A stretch of DNA of 54,623 bases from assembly GCA_016188475.1 (NCBI GenBank), contig JACPHT010000005.1, positions 1-54,623 of the forward strand, in the 5' to 3' direction. This DNA comes from Candidatus Uhrbacteria bacterium (lineage in GTDB: Bacteria > Patescibacteriota > Patescibacteriia > UBA9934 > GWF2-40-263). This document shows positions 19,189 to 29,186 of the stretch, in pieces. Below the pieces are notes generated by a model. It had not been told where the DNA came from. It searched no databases and saw only the letters and a program-made list of their open reading frames with translations. Both the position numbers and the translations under genes were made by a program. Position 1 is the first letter of the stretch; each line of letters begins with the position of its first letter.

Positions 19189-19941
19189 ATGCCAAACTCA
19201 TTTTTTGATTCTCTCCCATCCAAAACCTCTTTTTGGATAGGCTTTGTTACAGCAATCCTTGTGCTCGGAACACTTGGATTTATTCTATTAGGAAATTGTG
19301 TGCTAAAAGGCTCATGTTCAATTGGATCATCAGAAAACAATAGCAAGGTTGCGGCGGATACCAACACTGACCCTACTGTTGCAGACAATGGAACAGAACC
19401 AACTCCGGAAGCTGTGCCTGTTGTGAGTGACGATGACCATATTCGCGGCGACAAAAATTCTCCAATCACAGTTGTCGAGTATTCGGATTTTGAATGCCCA
19501 TTCTGCGGTCGTTTCCATCCAACCATGCAACAAGTTATGACAGATTACAGCGGAAAGGTTCGGTGGATTTACAGACATTACCCGCTTTCTTTCCATCCAG
19601 ATGCTCTGCCAGCGGCAAATGCGGCAGAGTGTGCGTCTGAACAAAACAAATTTTGGGAGTACGCTGATAAATTGTTCGCAAACCAAGATTCACTTGGAGA
19701 CGATTTCTACAAACAAACAGCAACAGAACTTGGGCTAAATGTTAGCCAATGGCAAACTTGCTTTGACAACTCCAAGTACAGCGATAAAATTGAAACCCAA
19801 TATCAAGGAGGTGTGAGCTCTGGAGTGACTGGGACGCCTGGATCATTTATTATTGATCAAGATGGAAACGCTATTCCTATAAAAGGTGCGCTACCATATA
19901 GCTCTGTTTCAGCCGCGATTGACCAGTTGCTTGCAAAATAA
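19189..19941 (+). CDS. DsbA/BdbD-family thiol-disulfide oxidoreductase
   Basis: TM anchor; EYSDFECPFC; GVTGTP; GALP. Confidence 0.93.
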   Translation: MPNSFFDSLPSKTSFWIGFVTAILVLGTLGFILLGNCVLKGSCSIGSSENNSKVAADTNTDPTVADNGTEPTPEAVPVVSDDDHIRGDKNSPITVVEYSDFECPFCGRFHPTMQQVMTDYSGKVRWIYRHYPLSFHPDALPAANAAECASEQNKFWEYADKLFANQDSLGDDFYKQTATELGLNVSQWQTCFDNSKYSDKIETQYQGGVSSGVTGTPGSFIIDQDGNAIPIKGALPYSSVSAAIDQLLAK

Positions 19942-19961
19942 AAATGATAATAATAATAATA

Positions 19962-19990
19962 ATATTGCCTGAGCTAGTCGAAGGCAATAT
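19962..19990. repeat. REP/MITE core half-element
   Basis: atattgcctgagctagtcgaaggcaatat hairpin; same core as six other copies. Confidence 0.75.
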
Positions 19991-19993
19991 TTT

Positions 19994-21187
19994 TTATTCT
20001 TGCGTTTTATATCGAGCGAGCCAATTCACTCCAAGCGAAACAATAGCCGCGATAAAAAATGCAGAACCAATTGAAAAATTCATTGTGACTGGAATCAAAA
20101 TAATCAAAATCACAACCCTCCCAATTCCTATTGCCATTTCGCGGAGAACAGTGAATTCATCAATATAATGTCCGGAATCAGCCGCTTGTTGATAGCTCAT
20201 TGTGTCAAGCGGCATGCGCATCATAATTGAACCAAAACTGTGAAAAGTCGAAGCCGCAAAAACTCCTGTTATGGTTTGAACAAATCCTTTTGCAATCCAT
20301 CCAAGCGCATAAATCCACGAACCAAATTTCAGCATTTTCCGCGCTGTAAGACGATCAATTTGGCGGCCAACAATAAGTTCAACAATCATGCTGATAACAA
20401 CAATCACGGCTGTTGCAAAACCAACTTCCAAATAATTGCCTTGAAAAACGGAGAACAAAAAAATAGGCCACACAATTACGCCGACAATGTTTTCAGCGCC
20501 GAGCGCCGCCATTGAAAGCGTCATTGCAATGTATTTTTTTGAAAAAAGTTTTCGGAAACTTTCAAAATAACCAAACTCATAAGTTACTTTATATTTTGAA
20601 ACGAAAAAAAGTGGAATTATTGAAGCCGCAGTGAGTAATAATCCAACAAAAAAATTCATCTTATAACCAAAACGCGTCAAAATAAACGCGGCCGTAATAG
20701 GAGTCAGGATGCTGATTGCTTCCTGCAAACCATAATACATTCCAAGTTGTTTGCCTCTGTGATTTGCGTCTGAAAATTTTGCAAAATCAATGTGATACGG
20801 CGACCAGTAAAAAACTCCATCAAGCATAAGTCCTCCAATTCCGATTGCCATCAAAAAAAATGGGTTTATCGAACTTCCGTGATCCAAAAGAAAAAACATC
20901 CAATAAAAAATGATGAGTCCGATTGTTCCGAGCACCATACTCGCAACAAGTCCTGTCTGAGAAAAAATTTTTGCTGCTATAACGTAAAATGGAAGTTTGA
21001 ATGCAAAATTGATTGCAAACCAAGCAAGAACAAACGGAAGTGACAAGCCAAAAAATTCAAAAATGTAAATTGGAAGAAAAACTCCAACCATACTCGAACC
21101 AATAAATGCTATCATTCGGTTTGACGCAAGTGTTGGTAAAGCTGAAAGATGAGCAAAAGAACGTTTATGAGCCGATTGGATAGACAT
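19994..21187 (-). CDS. MFS transporter
   Basis: ~12 TM helices; GRQIDRLTARK motif. Confidence 0.85.
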   Translation of the reverse strand: MSIQSAHKRSFAHLSALPTLASNRMIAFIGSSMVGVFLPIYIFEFFGLSLPFVLAWFAINFAFKLPFYVIAAKIFSQTGLVASMVLGTIGLIIFYWMFFLLDHGSSINPFFLMAIGIGGLMLDGVFYWSPYHIDFAKFSDANHRGKQLGMYYGLQEAISILTPITAAFILTRFGYKMNFFVGLLLTAASIIPLFFVSKYKVTYEFGYFESFRKLFSKKYIAMTLSMAALGAENIVGVIVWPIFLFSVFQGNYLEVGFATAVIVVISMIVELIVGRQIDRLTARKMLKFGSWIYALGWIAKGFVQTITGVFAASTFHSFGSIMMRMPLDTMSYQQAADSGHYIDEFTVLREMAIGIGRVVILIILIPVTMNFSIGSAFFIAAIVSLGVNWLARYKTQE

Positions 21188-21315
21188 ATTGGAACATTAT
21201 ACACCGCCTTGACACTCCATTGTTTTTGAGATAAATTGCGTGCGTAATTCATTTCCACGACAGCTCGGTAAAGGAATGAGCGCCTTTTCTTGGCAGATCG
21301 TGTAATTAAATATCT

Positions 21316-21579
21316 ATGCTCAACATCAAAAAGAAGCAAAAAGTCATTGAGAAATTCCGCACACACGCCTCCGACACTGGTTCGCCACAAGTTCAGATCG
21401 CGATTTTGACATCCGAAATCGAAGAGCTCACAAAGCACATGCGAGATCACAAGAAAGATTTTTCTTCTCGACGCGGACTTATCAAAAAAGTGAATGAACG
21501 CCGACGCTTGCTCAAATATCTTGAGCGCGAAGACGAAAAAGCATTTTTGAAAATCAAAAAAGATTTAGATTTGAAATAA
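21316..21579 (+). CDS. rpsO: 30S ribosomal protein S15
   Basis: DTGSPQVQIAILT, HKKDFSSRRGL. Confidence 0.97.
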   Translation: MLNIKKKQKVIEKFRTHASDTGSPQVQIAILTSEIEELTKHMRDHKKDFSSRRGLIKKVNERRRLLKYLEREDEKAFLKIKKDLDLK

Positions 21580-21602
21580 TCCCGCTAATTTGGCGGGTTT
21601 TT
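21578..21602 (+). terminator. Intrinsic terminator-like hairpin after rpsO
   Basis: cccgcta-att-tggcggg followed by a T run. Confidence 0.55.
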
Positions 21603-21609
21603 AATACAT

Positions 21610-22233
21610 ATGTTCAAACACAAAGACCAACGTGTCGGCGTTTTTATCGACACTCAAAACATGTACTACAGCGCCAGACACCTTTTTCAACGAAAAGTTA
21701 ATTTCAAAAGCATTGTTGAAGACGCAGTCGCAGGTCGCCTCCTCATTCGCGCACTCGCTTACGTTGTTAAAACAAAAACAGCTGATGAGCAACCTTTCTT
21801 TGATGCTCTTCAAAAATCCGGAATCGAGACTCGCGAAAAAGATTTGATGGAATACGCATCCGGCCACAAAAAAGCAGATTGGGATGTCGGACTTGCGATT
21901 GATGTAGTTCACATGCTAGACATACTCGATGTTGTTGTGATCGTTTCAGGAGATGGAGATTATCTACCGCTTGTCGAACACATTCAAAGTCGTGGGCGCA
22001 TCGCTGAGGTTATGGCATTTGGTGAAACAACGTCGTCAAACTTGGTTAATTACGTTGATGACTATATTGATCTTTCTCAAAATAAAAAACGATATTTAAT
22101 CGGCCCGATCGTAAAATCAGATGGAAAGGATGAAATGGGTGAAGAAAAGGAAGAGGATGAAGAAGACGATTTCTTTATTGAACCGCCAAAAAATGATCAA
22201 GGAGATTCGAGAACGCGAAGACTAGAATTTTAA
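21610..22233 (+). CDS. NYN-domain (LabA/DUF88) protein
   Basis: VFIDTQN, KADWDVGLAID, VSGDGDY. Confidence 0.92.
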   Translation: MFKHKDQRVGVFIDTQNMYYSARHLFQRKVNFKSIVEDAVAGRLLIRALAYVVKTKTADEQPFFDALQKSGIETREKDLMEYASGHKKADWDVGLAIDVVHMLDILDVVVIVSGDGDYLPLVEHIQSRGRIAEVMAFGETTSSNLVNYVDDYIDLSQNKKRYLIGPIVKSDGKDEMGEEKEEDEEDDFFIEPPKNDQGDSRTRRLEF

Positions 22234-22243
22234 TTTTAAAAAT

Positions 22244-24454
22244 ATGGCACAAAAAAACCAGTTCCAAACAGAATGGGGAGGAAAGATATTAACGATCGAG
22301 GTTGGAAAATACGCAAGTCAAGCTGGAGGATCTTGCGTTGTCCAATATGGCGATACTGTAGTGCTTGCGGCGGCAACAATGAGCAATGAAACAAAAGAAA
22401 GCATGGGATTTTTCCCACTCACTGTTGAATTTGAAGAAAAACTTTATGCGGCTGGACGCATTAAAGGCAGTCGTTTTATTAAAAAAGAAGGTAGGCCAAC
22501 TGATGAGGCTGTTCTTTCAGCACGTTTTATTGATCGCGCAATCCGTCCGTTATTTGATGATCATATCCGAAATGAAGTTCAAGTTGTTGTTACAACACTT
22601 GCTTTTGATGGAGAAAACGACCCCGATGTTTTGGGACTGATTGGTGCAAGTTGTGCGCTTCATATTAGTGATATTCCATGGAACGGTCCGATCGGCTGTA
22701 TTCGTGTCGGACAAATCGAAGGGGAGTGGGTAATAAACCCAAGTTATACAGCACGAGATAAATCACTTCTTGACCTCGCAATCGCTGGAACAAAAGAAAA
22801 AATCATAATGGTCGAAGCTGGCGCAAATGAAGCGCCTGAAGAAACTGTTTTGGAAGGATTTTGGTTTGGACAAAAACATATTGACGCGCCAATCAAACTG
22901 ATCAAAGAAATTCAAGCTGTTGTTGGAAAAGAAAAACGAAATTTGATTATTGAAAAAACAGAAGAAGAAAAAGAAGTCGAAGCTATTGCTGTTCCATTTC
23001 TTGTTGATCAAATCAAAGAGTTATTTTTTGGAACTCCGAAAGCTACAAAAGCCGACCGCAATCAACAAAAACAAATCCTAAAAAATAATCTAAAATCATT
23101 CTTGATCGAAAAAAGTGTTAAACCGGAATTGATTCACATTGGAACAGATATGATACTTGAAATTCTTGAGCGTGAAGTCTCAAGATCAATTCTTGAAAAT
23201 AACAAACGTGTTGATGGACGATCAATCACGCAAATCCGACCGCTTGTGAGTGAAGTCGCTGTTCTTCCTCGTGTTCATGGCAGTGGACATTTTATGCGTG
23301 GAGAAACACAAGTGCTTACCGTTGTAACACTTGGAGCTCCAGGGGACCAACAAACTCTCGATGGAATGGAACTTGTTGGAACAAAACGATTTTTCCATCA
23401 CTACAATTTTCCTCCATATTCAGTCGGGGAAGTGAAGCCAATGCGTGGGCCATCTCGCCGCGATATTGGTCATGGAGCTCTAGCAGAAAAAGCTATTCAA
23501 CCAATGCTTCCTGACAAAGAAAAATTTCCATACACAATTCGTGCGGTTTCCGAAGTATTCGGCTCAAACGGATCAAGCTCAATGGGATCAACTTGCGGAA
23601 CAACTTTGGCGCTCATGGATGCTGGTGTTCCTATAAAGGCTCCGGTTGCTGGAATAGCGATGGGGCTTGCTACTGATGAAAAAGGAAAATGGAAAGTAAT
23701 AACTGACCTACAAGATTTGGAAGATGGAAAAGGTGGAATGGATTTCAAAATCGCTGGATCAAAAACCGGAATCACTGCGATTCAAATGGACACAAAAACA
23801 GATGGTCTAACTCGAGAAATTATTGAAACAACAATAAAACAAGCTCGCGAAGCCCGTTTGGAAGTGTTGGACGTTCTAACTTCTGCAATCGCAGAGCCTC
23901 GTCCAGATCTTTCGCCATTTGCTCCACGAATTATTGTCATGCACATCAGTCCGGAACTCATTGGAAGCGTTATTGGGCCAAGCGGTAAAACAATCAATGA
24001 AATTATCTCAACAACCAACGTTCAAGCAATTGACATCGAGGATGACGGACTTGTAATGATCACCTCAACTGATGCGCAAGGCGCGATAAAAGCGCAAAGT
24101 ATTATTGAACAACTCACTCGGCAAGTCGTTGTTGGAGAAATTTACAAAGGAAAAATAACACGCGTTATGGATTTTGGCGCGATTGTCGAATTTTTACCAA
24201 AGAAGGATGGAATGGTTCATGTAAGCAACATGGCACCGTGGCGTGTTGACAAAGTAAGTGATATTGTAAAAATGGGAGATGAAGTGAGTGTCAAAGTTAT
24301 GGACCTTACTCCTGACGGAAAAATCAGTCTTTCAATGAAAGATGCGCCAGGGAACATATATCCTGAAAGACCAGCTCATAGTGATCGTCCACAAGCTCCA
24401 TCACGCGATCGAGGTCCTCGCAAACCATTTAGACCGTTTAACAGAAATCCATGA
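22244..24454 (+). CDS. pnp: Polyribonucleotide nucleotidyltransferase
   Basis: Two RNase PH domains, SNGSSSMGS, MDFKIAG, KH and S1 domains. Confidence 0.98.
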   Translation: MAQKNQFQTEWGGKILTIEVGKYASQAGGSCVVQYGDTVVLAAATMSNETKESMGFFPLTVEFEEKLYAAGRIKGSRFIKKEGRPTDEAVLSARFIDRAIRPLFDDHIRNEVQVVVTTLAFDGENDPDVLGLIGASCALHISDIPWNGPIGCIRVGQIEGEWVINPSYTARDKSLLDLAIAGTKEKIIMVEAGANEAPEETVLEGFWFGQKHIDAPIKLIKEIQAVVGKEKRNLIIEKTEEEKEVEAIAVPFLVDQIKELFFGTPKATKADRNQQKQILKNNLKSFLIEKSVKPELIHIGTDMILEILEREVSRSILENNKRVDGRSITQIRPLVSEVAVLPRVHGSGHFMRGETQVLTVVTLGAPGDQQTLDGMELVGTKRFFHHYNFPPYSVGEVKPMRGPSRRDIGHGALAEKAIQPMLPDKEKFPYTIRAVSEVFGSNGSSSMGSTCGTTLALMDAGVPIKAPVAGIAMGLATDEKGKWKVITDLQDLEDGKGGMDFKIAGSKTGITAIQMDTKTDGLTREIIETTIKQAREARLEVLDVLTSAIAEPRPDLSPFAPRIIVMHISPELIGSVIGPSGKTINEIISTTNVQAIDIEDDGLVMITSTDAQGAIKAQSIIEQLTRQVVVGEIYKGKITRVMDFGAIVEFLPKKDGMVHVSNMAPWRVDKVSDIVKMGDEVSVKVMDLTPDGKISLSMKDAPGNIYPERPAHSDRPQAPSRDRGPRKPFRPFNRNP

Positions 24455-25707
24455 GCCAACAACTCCACATACAATTAACAAGATACCAAAAAACAACCCG
24501 CCGACCAAGGTGGGTTGTTTGGCTTCCGGCTCTATCTTTTCTTTTAATTTTTATATTTATCTATCAGATAACAACACTTTTTCTCACAAGAAACACTGTT
24601 TTTTCTGCTGCACCTGAAAATACTAAAATAGCAATCCAACTTTTGGTAAATGAAAAAACATTGCCAATTCTATCAAAAATCCTAAACACGGTTCCACTTA
24701 TTTCAAACAGAAGTTTCACACTGAAAGACATCCAACCTTTTGTTCATGGTGAAATTGGATGGTTTTTTCACGAAGATGGGGGCAGATCAATTGCGGTTCG
24801 ATCAAAAAAAAATGAACTTCCAACAAAACTTTTTGATGCAAACCAAATAATAGTTCAACAAATAAATTCTGATGTTTTTCTGCTAACAGACAAACTTCAA
24901 CCAATAGGCGGAATCAAATCAAAACATTCACTTGGAAACCTCATACCGTCATTTAAGCAAAAACTTGGAATGTTTTATGAGAAAGGGAAAAAGTCTGTCG
25001 TGATATCAGCGACAAAAGATGGAATCGTAATCCCTCTTTCAAATCAGGAAGCAATAAGCACATTTGATAGCAAAATAATCCAAGAAAATACATATATAGC
25101 ATTGAAACTTCCTCTTTTGGAAAAGGAAAATTTCGATATGTACCAAACTTTGTTTAAAGATCAGAATATCTTGCGATCTTTTTTTTCAACAGATGGGTTT
25201 TTGATGATGAAAGAAATCGAAAATCCAAAGTTTTTGCTTGTTTCAAAATCTGAGATGAACGATGAAGAAAAAATATCATTCTTACAAACAGAAATTGCGT
25301 TGAAAAATCCTTCAATAATCACTAAAAAACTTCCAGATAATACTCAAATGCAGGAATTTGTGTCAGATCCGAGTCTTGTATCGGTTGAACAAAAAATGAT
25401 CGAAGGTTTGGAATTCTACAAGGCGTCAACAAGTAATGAAGCTATTTTTGCAAGTAAAAAGGATGACTTAATAATTTCAAATAACGAGGAAATGATCAGA
25501 ATCTGGCTAAAAAATGAACAGAATAATAAAGTGTTAAAGATTTGTGACGCAAATGTCGCATTTTTATCTTTGAACGAATTTATTGAATCAAATTCGTTCA
25601 CGACCGAATTTTATAAAAACGATGTTTTAAGAACTCTCGCCGCAAATTTTAGGGTCGCATCTCTCGAAAAGAGCTGGAATTCAACAAAATTGAGGTTGTG
25701 TTTTTAA
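24451..25707 (+). CDS. Hypothetical protein with N-terminal membrane anchor
   Basis: 418 aa ORF overlapping the pnp stop (ATGA). Confidence 0.75.
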   Translation: MSQQLHIQLTRYQKTTRRPRWVVWLPALSFLLIFIFIYQITTLFLTRNTVFSAAPENTKIAIQLLVNEKTLPILSKILNTVPLISNRSFTLKDIQPFVHGEIGWFFHEDGGRSIAVRSKKNELPTKLFDANQIIVQQINSDVFLLTDKLQPIGGIKSKHSLGNLIPSFKQKLGMFYEKGKKSVVISATKDGIVIPLSNQEAISTFDSKIIQENTYIALKLPLLEKENFDMYQTLFKDQNILRSFFSTDGFLMMKEIENPKFLLVSKSEMNDEEKISFLQTEIALKNPSIITKKLPDNTQMQEFVSDPSLVSVEQKMIEGLEFYKASTSNEAIFASKKDDLIISNNEEMIRIWLKNEQNNKVLKICDANVAFLSLNEFIESNSFTTEFYKNDVLRTLAANFRVASLEKSWNSTKLRLCF

Positions 25708-25708
25708 C

Positions 25709-25859
25709 TGTGGATAACTTATCAATAAGTATATATTATTGTGGATAACTTTTTAAGTTTTTCAAACCATTTGAACACATCATTGTTTCAAAAAAACATT
25801 TTTTTGCTAAATTAAGCCAAACTTTGCTTATTGATAAAATTTATTTTTTCTGATATCAT
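25709..25859 (+). promoter_or_regulatory. Two perfect DnaA boxes, palindromic motif and sigma70 promoter
   Basis: TGTGGATAA at 25709 and 25740; TTTGCTAAATTAAGCCAA at 25803-25820; TTGATA-17 bp-(TGa)TATCAT. Confidence 0.6.
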
Positions 25860-25863
25860 ATAA

Positions 25864-26256
25864 GTGTGACCAAAATGGTCGCATCGTTCTTTATCTACAA
25901 TCTTGGGAGGTTTTCCGAAAGCTTTTTTGCAGGTGTCCCACGCTTGCTATCGCTATTCGGAAAACGTCTCACCGCTCTACTGTTCTGATAATAAAACAAA
26001 AACAGAACAGAAATAAATCTAGGTTAACTCGCAATAATATGAATTCATTCGAATTCATCGTGGGTAAAACCATGGAATGGTAGAGAGGTTGTGAACTTAG
26101 AGGAATAAATATGTGTTCACAGGGCGTCGAGTCGTACAGTTCAAATACTTGGACTTTACAGCCCGACGCCTATAGAACCGTATTTCCTCAATACTACGGG
26201 GCATAGCCGAAAAACACACTACATGTTACGCGGCTCACTGCCCTTCTTCTTTTTTT
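25864..26256 (+). ncRNA. Candidate large structured non-coding RNA, family unassigned
   Basis: No long ORF; about 10 stems with G-U pairs on the + strand; promoter directly upstream; closing stem followed by a U-tract. Confidence 0.6.
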
Positions 26257-26370
26257 AGGAATATCTTTATTGATTCACTTTTCAATCAACTCGACATTGT
26301 CTCCATTTCTTCATAACTCTTTGCACAGATTCTGATATACTGATAGAGTATTTAGACTCAAAGAAACAAT

Positions 26371-26745
26371 ATGAACAAAGACTTTTACAATAAAATGAAG
26401 CAAAAACTGATTGAAGAAAAACAGGGGCTCGAACTTGAATTGTCAAAATTTGCGCATCGAAATCCAAAAGCGGCTGAAACTGATTTCAGCACGGATTTCC
26501 AAAACTTGGGCGATAAAGAAGATGAAAACGCATCCGAAGTGGCACGCTTTTCTGATAACCTTTCCCTTGAAGAAGAATTGGAAAAAGCATTGCGAGATGT
26601 TGAAAGCGCTCTTGCGATGATTGAAAACGGGACGTACGGAAAATGTAAATACTGTGGTCAAGAAATTGATGAACGCAGACTTTCCGCTCGCCCAACTTCA
26701 ACTTCATGCATTCAGTGTAAAAAAACATTGACACAAGAAATGTGA
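26371..26745 (+). CDS. TraR/DksA C4 zinc-finger protein
   Basis: GTYGKCKYCGQEIDERRL.ARP...CIQC. Confidence 0.92.
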   Translation: MNKDFYNKMKQKLIEEKQGLELELSKFAHRNPKAAETDFSTDFQNLGDKEDENASEVARFSDNLSLEEELEKALRDVESALAMIENGTYGKCKYCGQEIDERRLSARPTSTSCIQCKKTLTQEM

Positions 26746-27215
26746 AGCCTCGCTTTTTTATCTATTTTATTTTGATTCCAAGCGCGCTTATTGTTTTTTT
26801 TGACGAATTAATAAAATCCGTCGCAATAAAAAATTTCCCTGAAGAATCTTATCTCGCTTCACCAAAATTCCTTGAATTCGCAATTCACAAAAACTACGGT
26901 CTTGCCTTCGATATTCCGTTTAGACTCGAATTTGTAATAATCATTTCTGTAATACTTGGAATTTTTTTGCTTAGAATCGTTTTGAAAAATATATTCTTAA
27001 AACCTCGTATCGCTTTTTCAGTAATTCTTATTCTTCTTGGCGCGTCTGGAAATTTCTATGATCGGATAGTTTATGGATTTACTGTTGATTACATTATATT
27101 GTTTGGAAAAAGCGCAATAAATTTTTCAGACCTTATTATTATTCTCGGTGTTCTTTCTCTGTTATTGCTTTCATCAAAAAAACATTTGACAAATAATGAA
27201 ACTGTGATAGAATAA
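26742..27215 (+). CDS. lspA: Lipoprotein signal peptidase II
   Basis: NYGLAF, GASGNFYDR, VDYI, NFSD. Confidence 0.9.
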   Translation: MKPRFFIYFILIPSALIVFFDELIKSVAIKNFPEESYLASPKFLEFAIHKNYGLAFDIPFRLEFVIIISVILGIFLLRIVLKNIFLKPRIAFSVILILLGASGNFYDRIVYGFTVDYIILFGKSAINFSDLIIILGVLSLLLLSSKKHLTNNETVIE

Positions 27216-27260
27216 TCATAGAAATCATAAACCTCCCGTGACCTGGGAGGTTTTTGTTTT

Positions 27261-28769
27261 ATGTTTCCAATAATATCTTCAGCAATTTACGGAGTTCGAG
27301 CGATTCCTGTTTCAATTGAAACAGATATTTCCGCTGGTCTTCCGCAATTCACAATCGTTGGTTTGCCAGACGCTTCTGTTCGCGAATCACGCGATAGAAT
27401 TCGTTCTGCCATAAAAAACAGCGGTCTCCATTTTCCAAGAGGTCGAGTCACTGTAAATCTCGCCCCAGCACATCTTCGCAAACAAGGCGCTCTTTATGAT
27501 TTACCTATCGCGCTTTCAATCCTGATTCAATCTGGAGAACTAAAGCTAAATACAATTGAACAGTCGGTATTGCTCGGCGAACTGGGACTTCATGGGGAAG
27601 TCAGAAGTGTGCAAGGAGTTCTTCCAACAGCAGTCATGGCAAACATGTTGGCTAAATATCTTTTATTTGTTCCGATCGATAACGCGAAGGAGGCGGCAAT
27701 AATCAGTAATATAAAAGTATTTGGAGTTGAAACATTTAAACAACTTCTAGCACATCTAAATGGCGATTCTTTGCTTGAGCCGTCGCTCCCAGAGCAACAA
27801 ATAGAACAACAGCATGAGATGTGTTTTTCTCAAATCTTCGGACAGTCTTTCGCAAAACGCGGGCTTGAAATCGCTGCCGCCGGCGGACACAACGTTCTGC
27901 TTCAAGGCCCGCCTGGAACTGGAAAAACGCTTCTTGCGCGAACTTTTCCTTCAATACTTCCAGCTCTTTCATACGAAGAAGCAATAGAAGTCGCAAGTAT
28001 CGCATCAATAGCGAACATTCCAAATAAAAACAATTTCCTTTCTTTTAACCGTCCATTTAGAAGCCCGCATCATTCATCTTCTGCTGTCTCACTTATAGGT
28101 GGTGGATCGTGGCCTGCTCCAGGGGAAGTAAGTTTAGCTCATCGCGGTGTTTTGTTTCTTGATGAGCTTCCAGAATTTCAACGTCATGTGCTTGAAAATT
28201 TAAGACAACCTCTTGAAGATGGAATTGTAACTGTCGCACGATCTGCTGGCGCATTTACATTCCCTGCTCGATTTCAACTTATTGCAACTCGTAATCCGTG
28301 TGCGTGTGGATTTATGAATGACCCAAAACGTGTTTGTGTTTGTTCAGCAAGGGAAATAGATAACTATCAAAAACGCCTTTCAGGTCCGCTTCTTGATCGG
28401 ATAGATATGGTAATCGATGTGCCGAATGTTAAACCAAAAGAAATGTCAGAAAGTCTGCAAGGAGAAACGTCAAAACAAATTCTTGTTCGTATTATATGTG
28501 CACGTAAAATACAAGAAGAACGTTTTTGTAAAACAACGATTAAACTCAATAACGAAATGCAATCATCAGATATTAAATCGTTTGCAAACATTTCTAAAAA
28601 AGCAAAAACGCTTCTTGATGAAGCGTTCTCTCATGGAATGATAAGTGCGCGAGGATATTTTCGTATTCAGAAAGTCGCACGCACAATCGCAGACCTTGCC
28701 CAGTCACAGACTGTTGAAGAAAATCATCTATCTGAAGCTTTGCAATTTCGTCTTTCTAAAAAAGAATAA
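27261..28769 (+). CDS. comM: YifB/ComM Mg-chelatase-like AAA+ ATPase
   Basis: VGLPDASVRESRDR, GPPGTGKT, RSPHH, LFLDELPEF, SGPLLDRID. Confidence 0.93.
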   Translation: MFPIISSAIYGVRAIPVSIETDISAGLPQFTIVGLPDASVRESRDRIRSAIKNSGLHFPRGRVTVNLAPAHLRKQGALYDLPIALSILIQSGELKLNTIEQSVLLGELGLHGEVRSVQGVLPTAVMANMLAKYLLFVPIDNAKEAAIISNIKVFGVETFKQLLAHLNGDSLLEPSLPEQQIEQQHEMCFSQIFGQSFAKRGLEIAAAGGHNVLLQGPPGTGKTLLARTFPSILPALSYEEAIEVASIASIANIPNKNNFLSFNRPFRSPHHSSSAVSLIGGGSWPAPGEVSLAHRGVLFLDELPEFQRHVLENLRQPLEDGIVTVARSAGAFTFPARFQLIATRNPCACGFMNDPKRVCVCSAREIDNYQKRLSGPLLDRIDMVIDVPNVKPKEMSESLQGETSKQILVRIICARKIQEERFCKTTIKLNNEMQSSDIKSFANISKKAKTLLDEAFSHGMISARGYFRIQKVARTIADLAQSQTVEENHLSEALQFRLSKKE

Positions 28770-28771
28770 AT

Positions 28772-29146
28772 TCAACGTGTCCAAAAATATATTCCAACTA
28801 AAATAATTAGCCACAGAACCGCTAGCCAATCAAGAAAACGCATACGACTCTGAAACTCCGCCCAGCTTGCCCAAGCTCCATGTTTCCACGACCAACGTCG
28901 TCCAAAAATTAAAAGAATAAACAAAACAACAATACCAATAATTGGAACGAACGAAAGTAAAAACCAAATATAAAGCCGAGCTCCAAGCGCCCATCCTTGT
29001 GTAAAAAACATCGCTCCAAGAGACGGACCTCGTAAATATCTAGACTTAAGTTGTTCGTCTGGTTCAAGTACGAGATGAAAACCGCAAGAACTGCATTGTT
29101 TATTCCAAAGTTCAACTTCCTGTTTGCATTGTTGGCATGTTTGCAT
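28772..29146 (-). CDS. Zinc-ribbon membrane protein
   Basis: CQQC..CSSCG N-terminus followed by TM helices. Confidence 0.75.
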   Translation of the reverse strand: MQTCQQCKQEVELWNKQCSSCGFHLVLEPDEQLKSRYLRGPSLGAMFFTQGWALGARLYIWFLLSFVPIIGIVVLFILLIFGRRWSWKHGAWASWAEFQSRMRFLDWLAVLWLIILVGIYFWTR

Positions 29147-29186
29147 ATTTTTCCATTTTCTATTCTGCTACTTTACTACTCTGCTA

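Noticed and set aside
25864-26256. RNase P RNA, tmRNA or T-box
   Set aside because: No contiguous GAGGAAAGTCC on either strand, no tRNA-like CCA end, no T-box bulge consensus; a very divergent member cannot be excluded without cmscan
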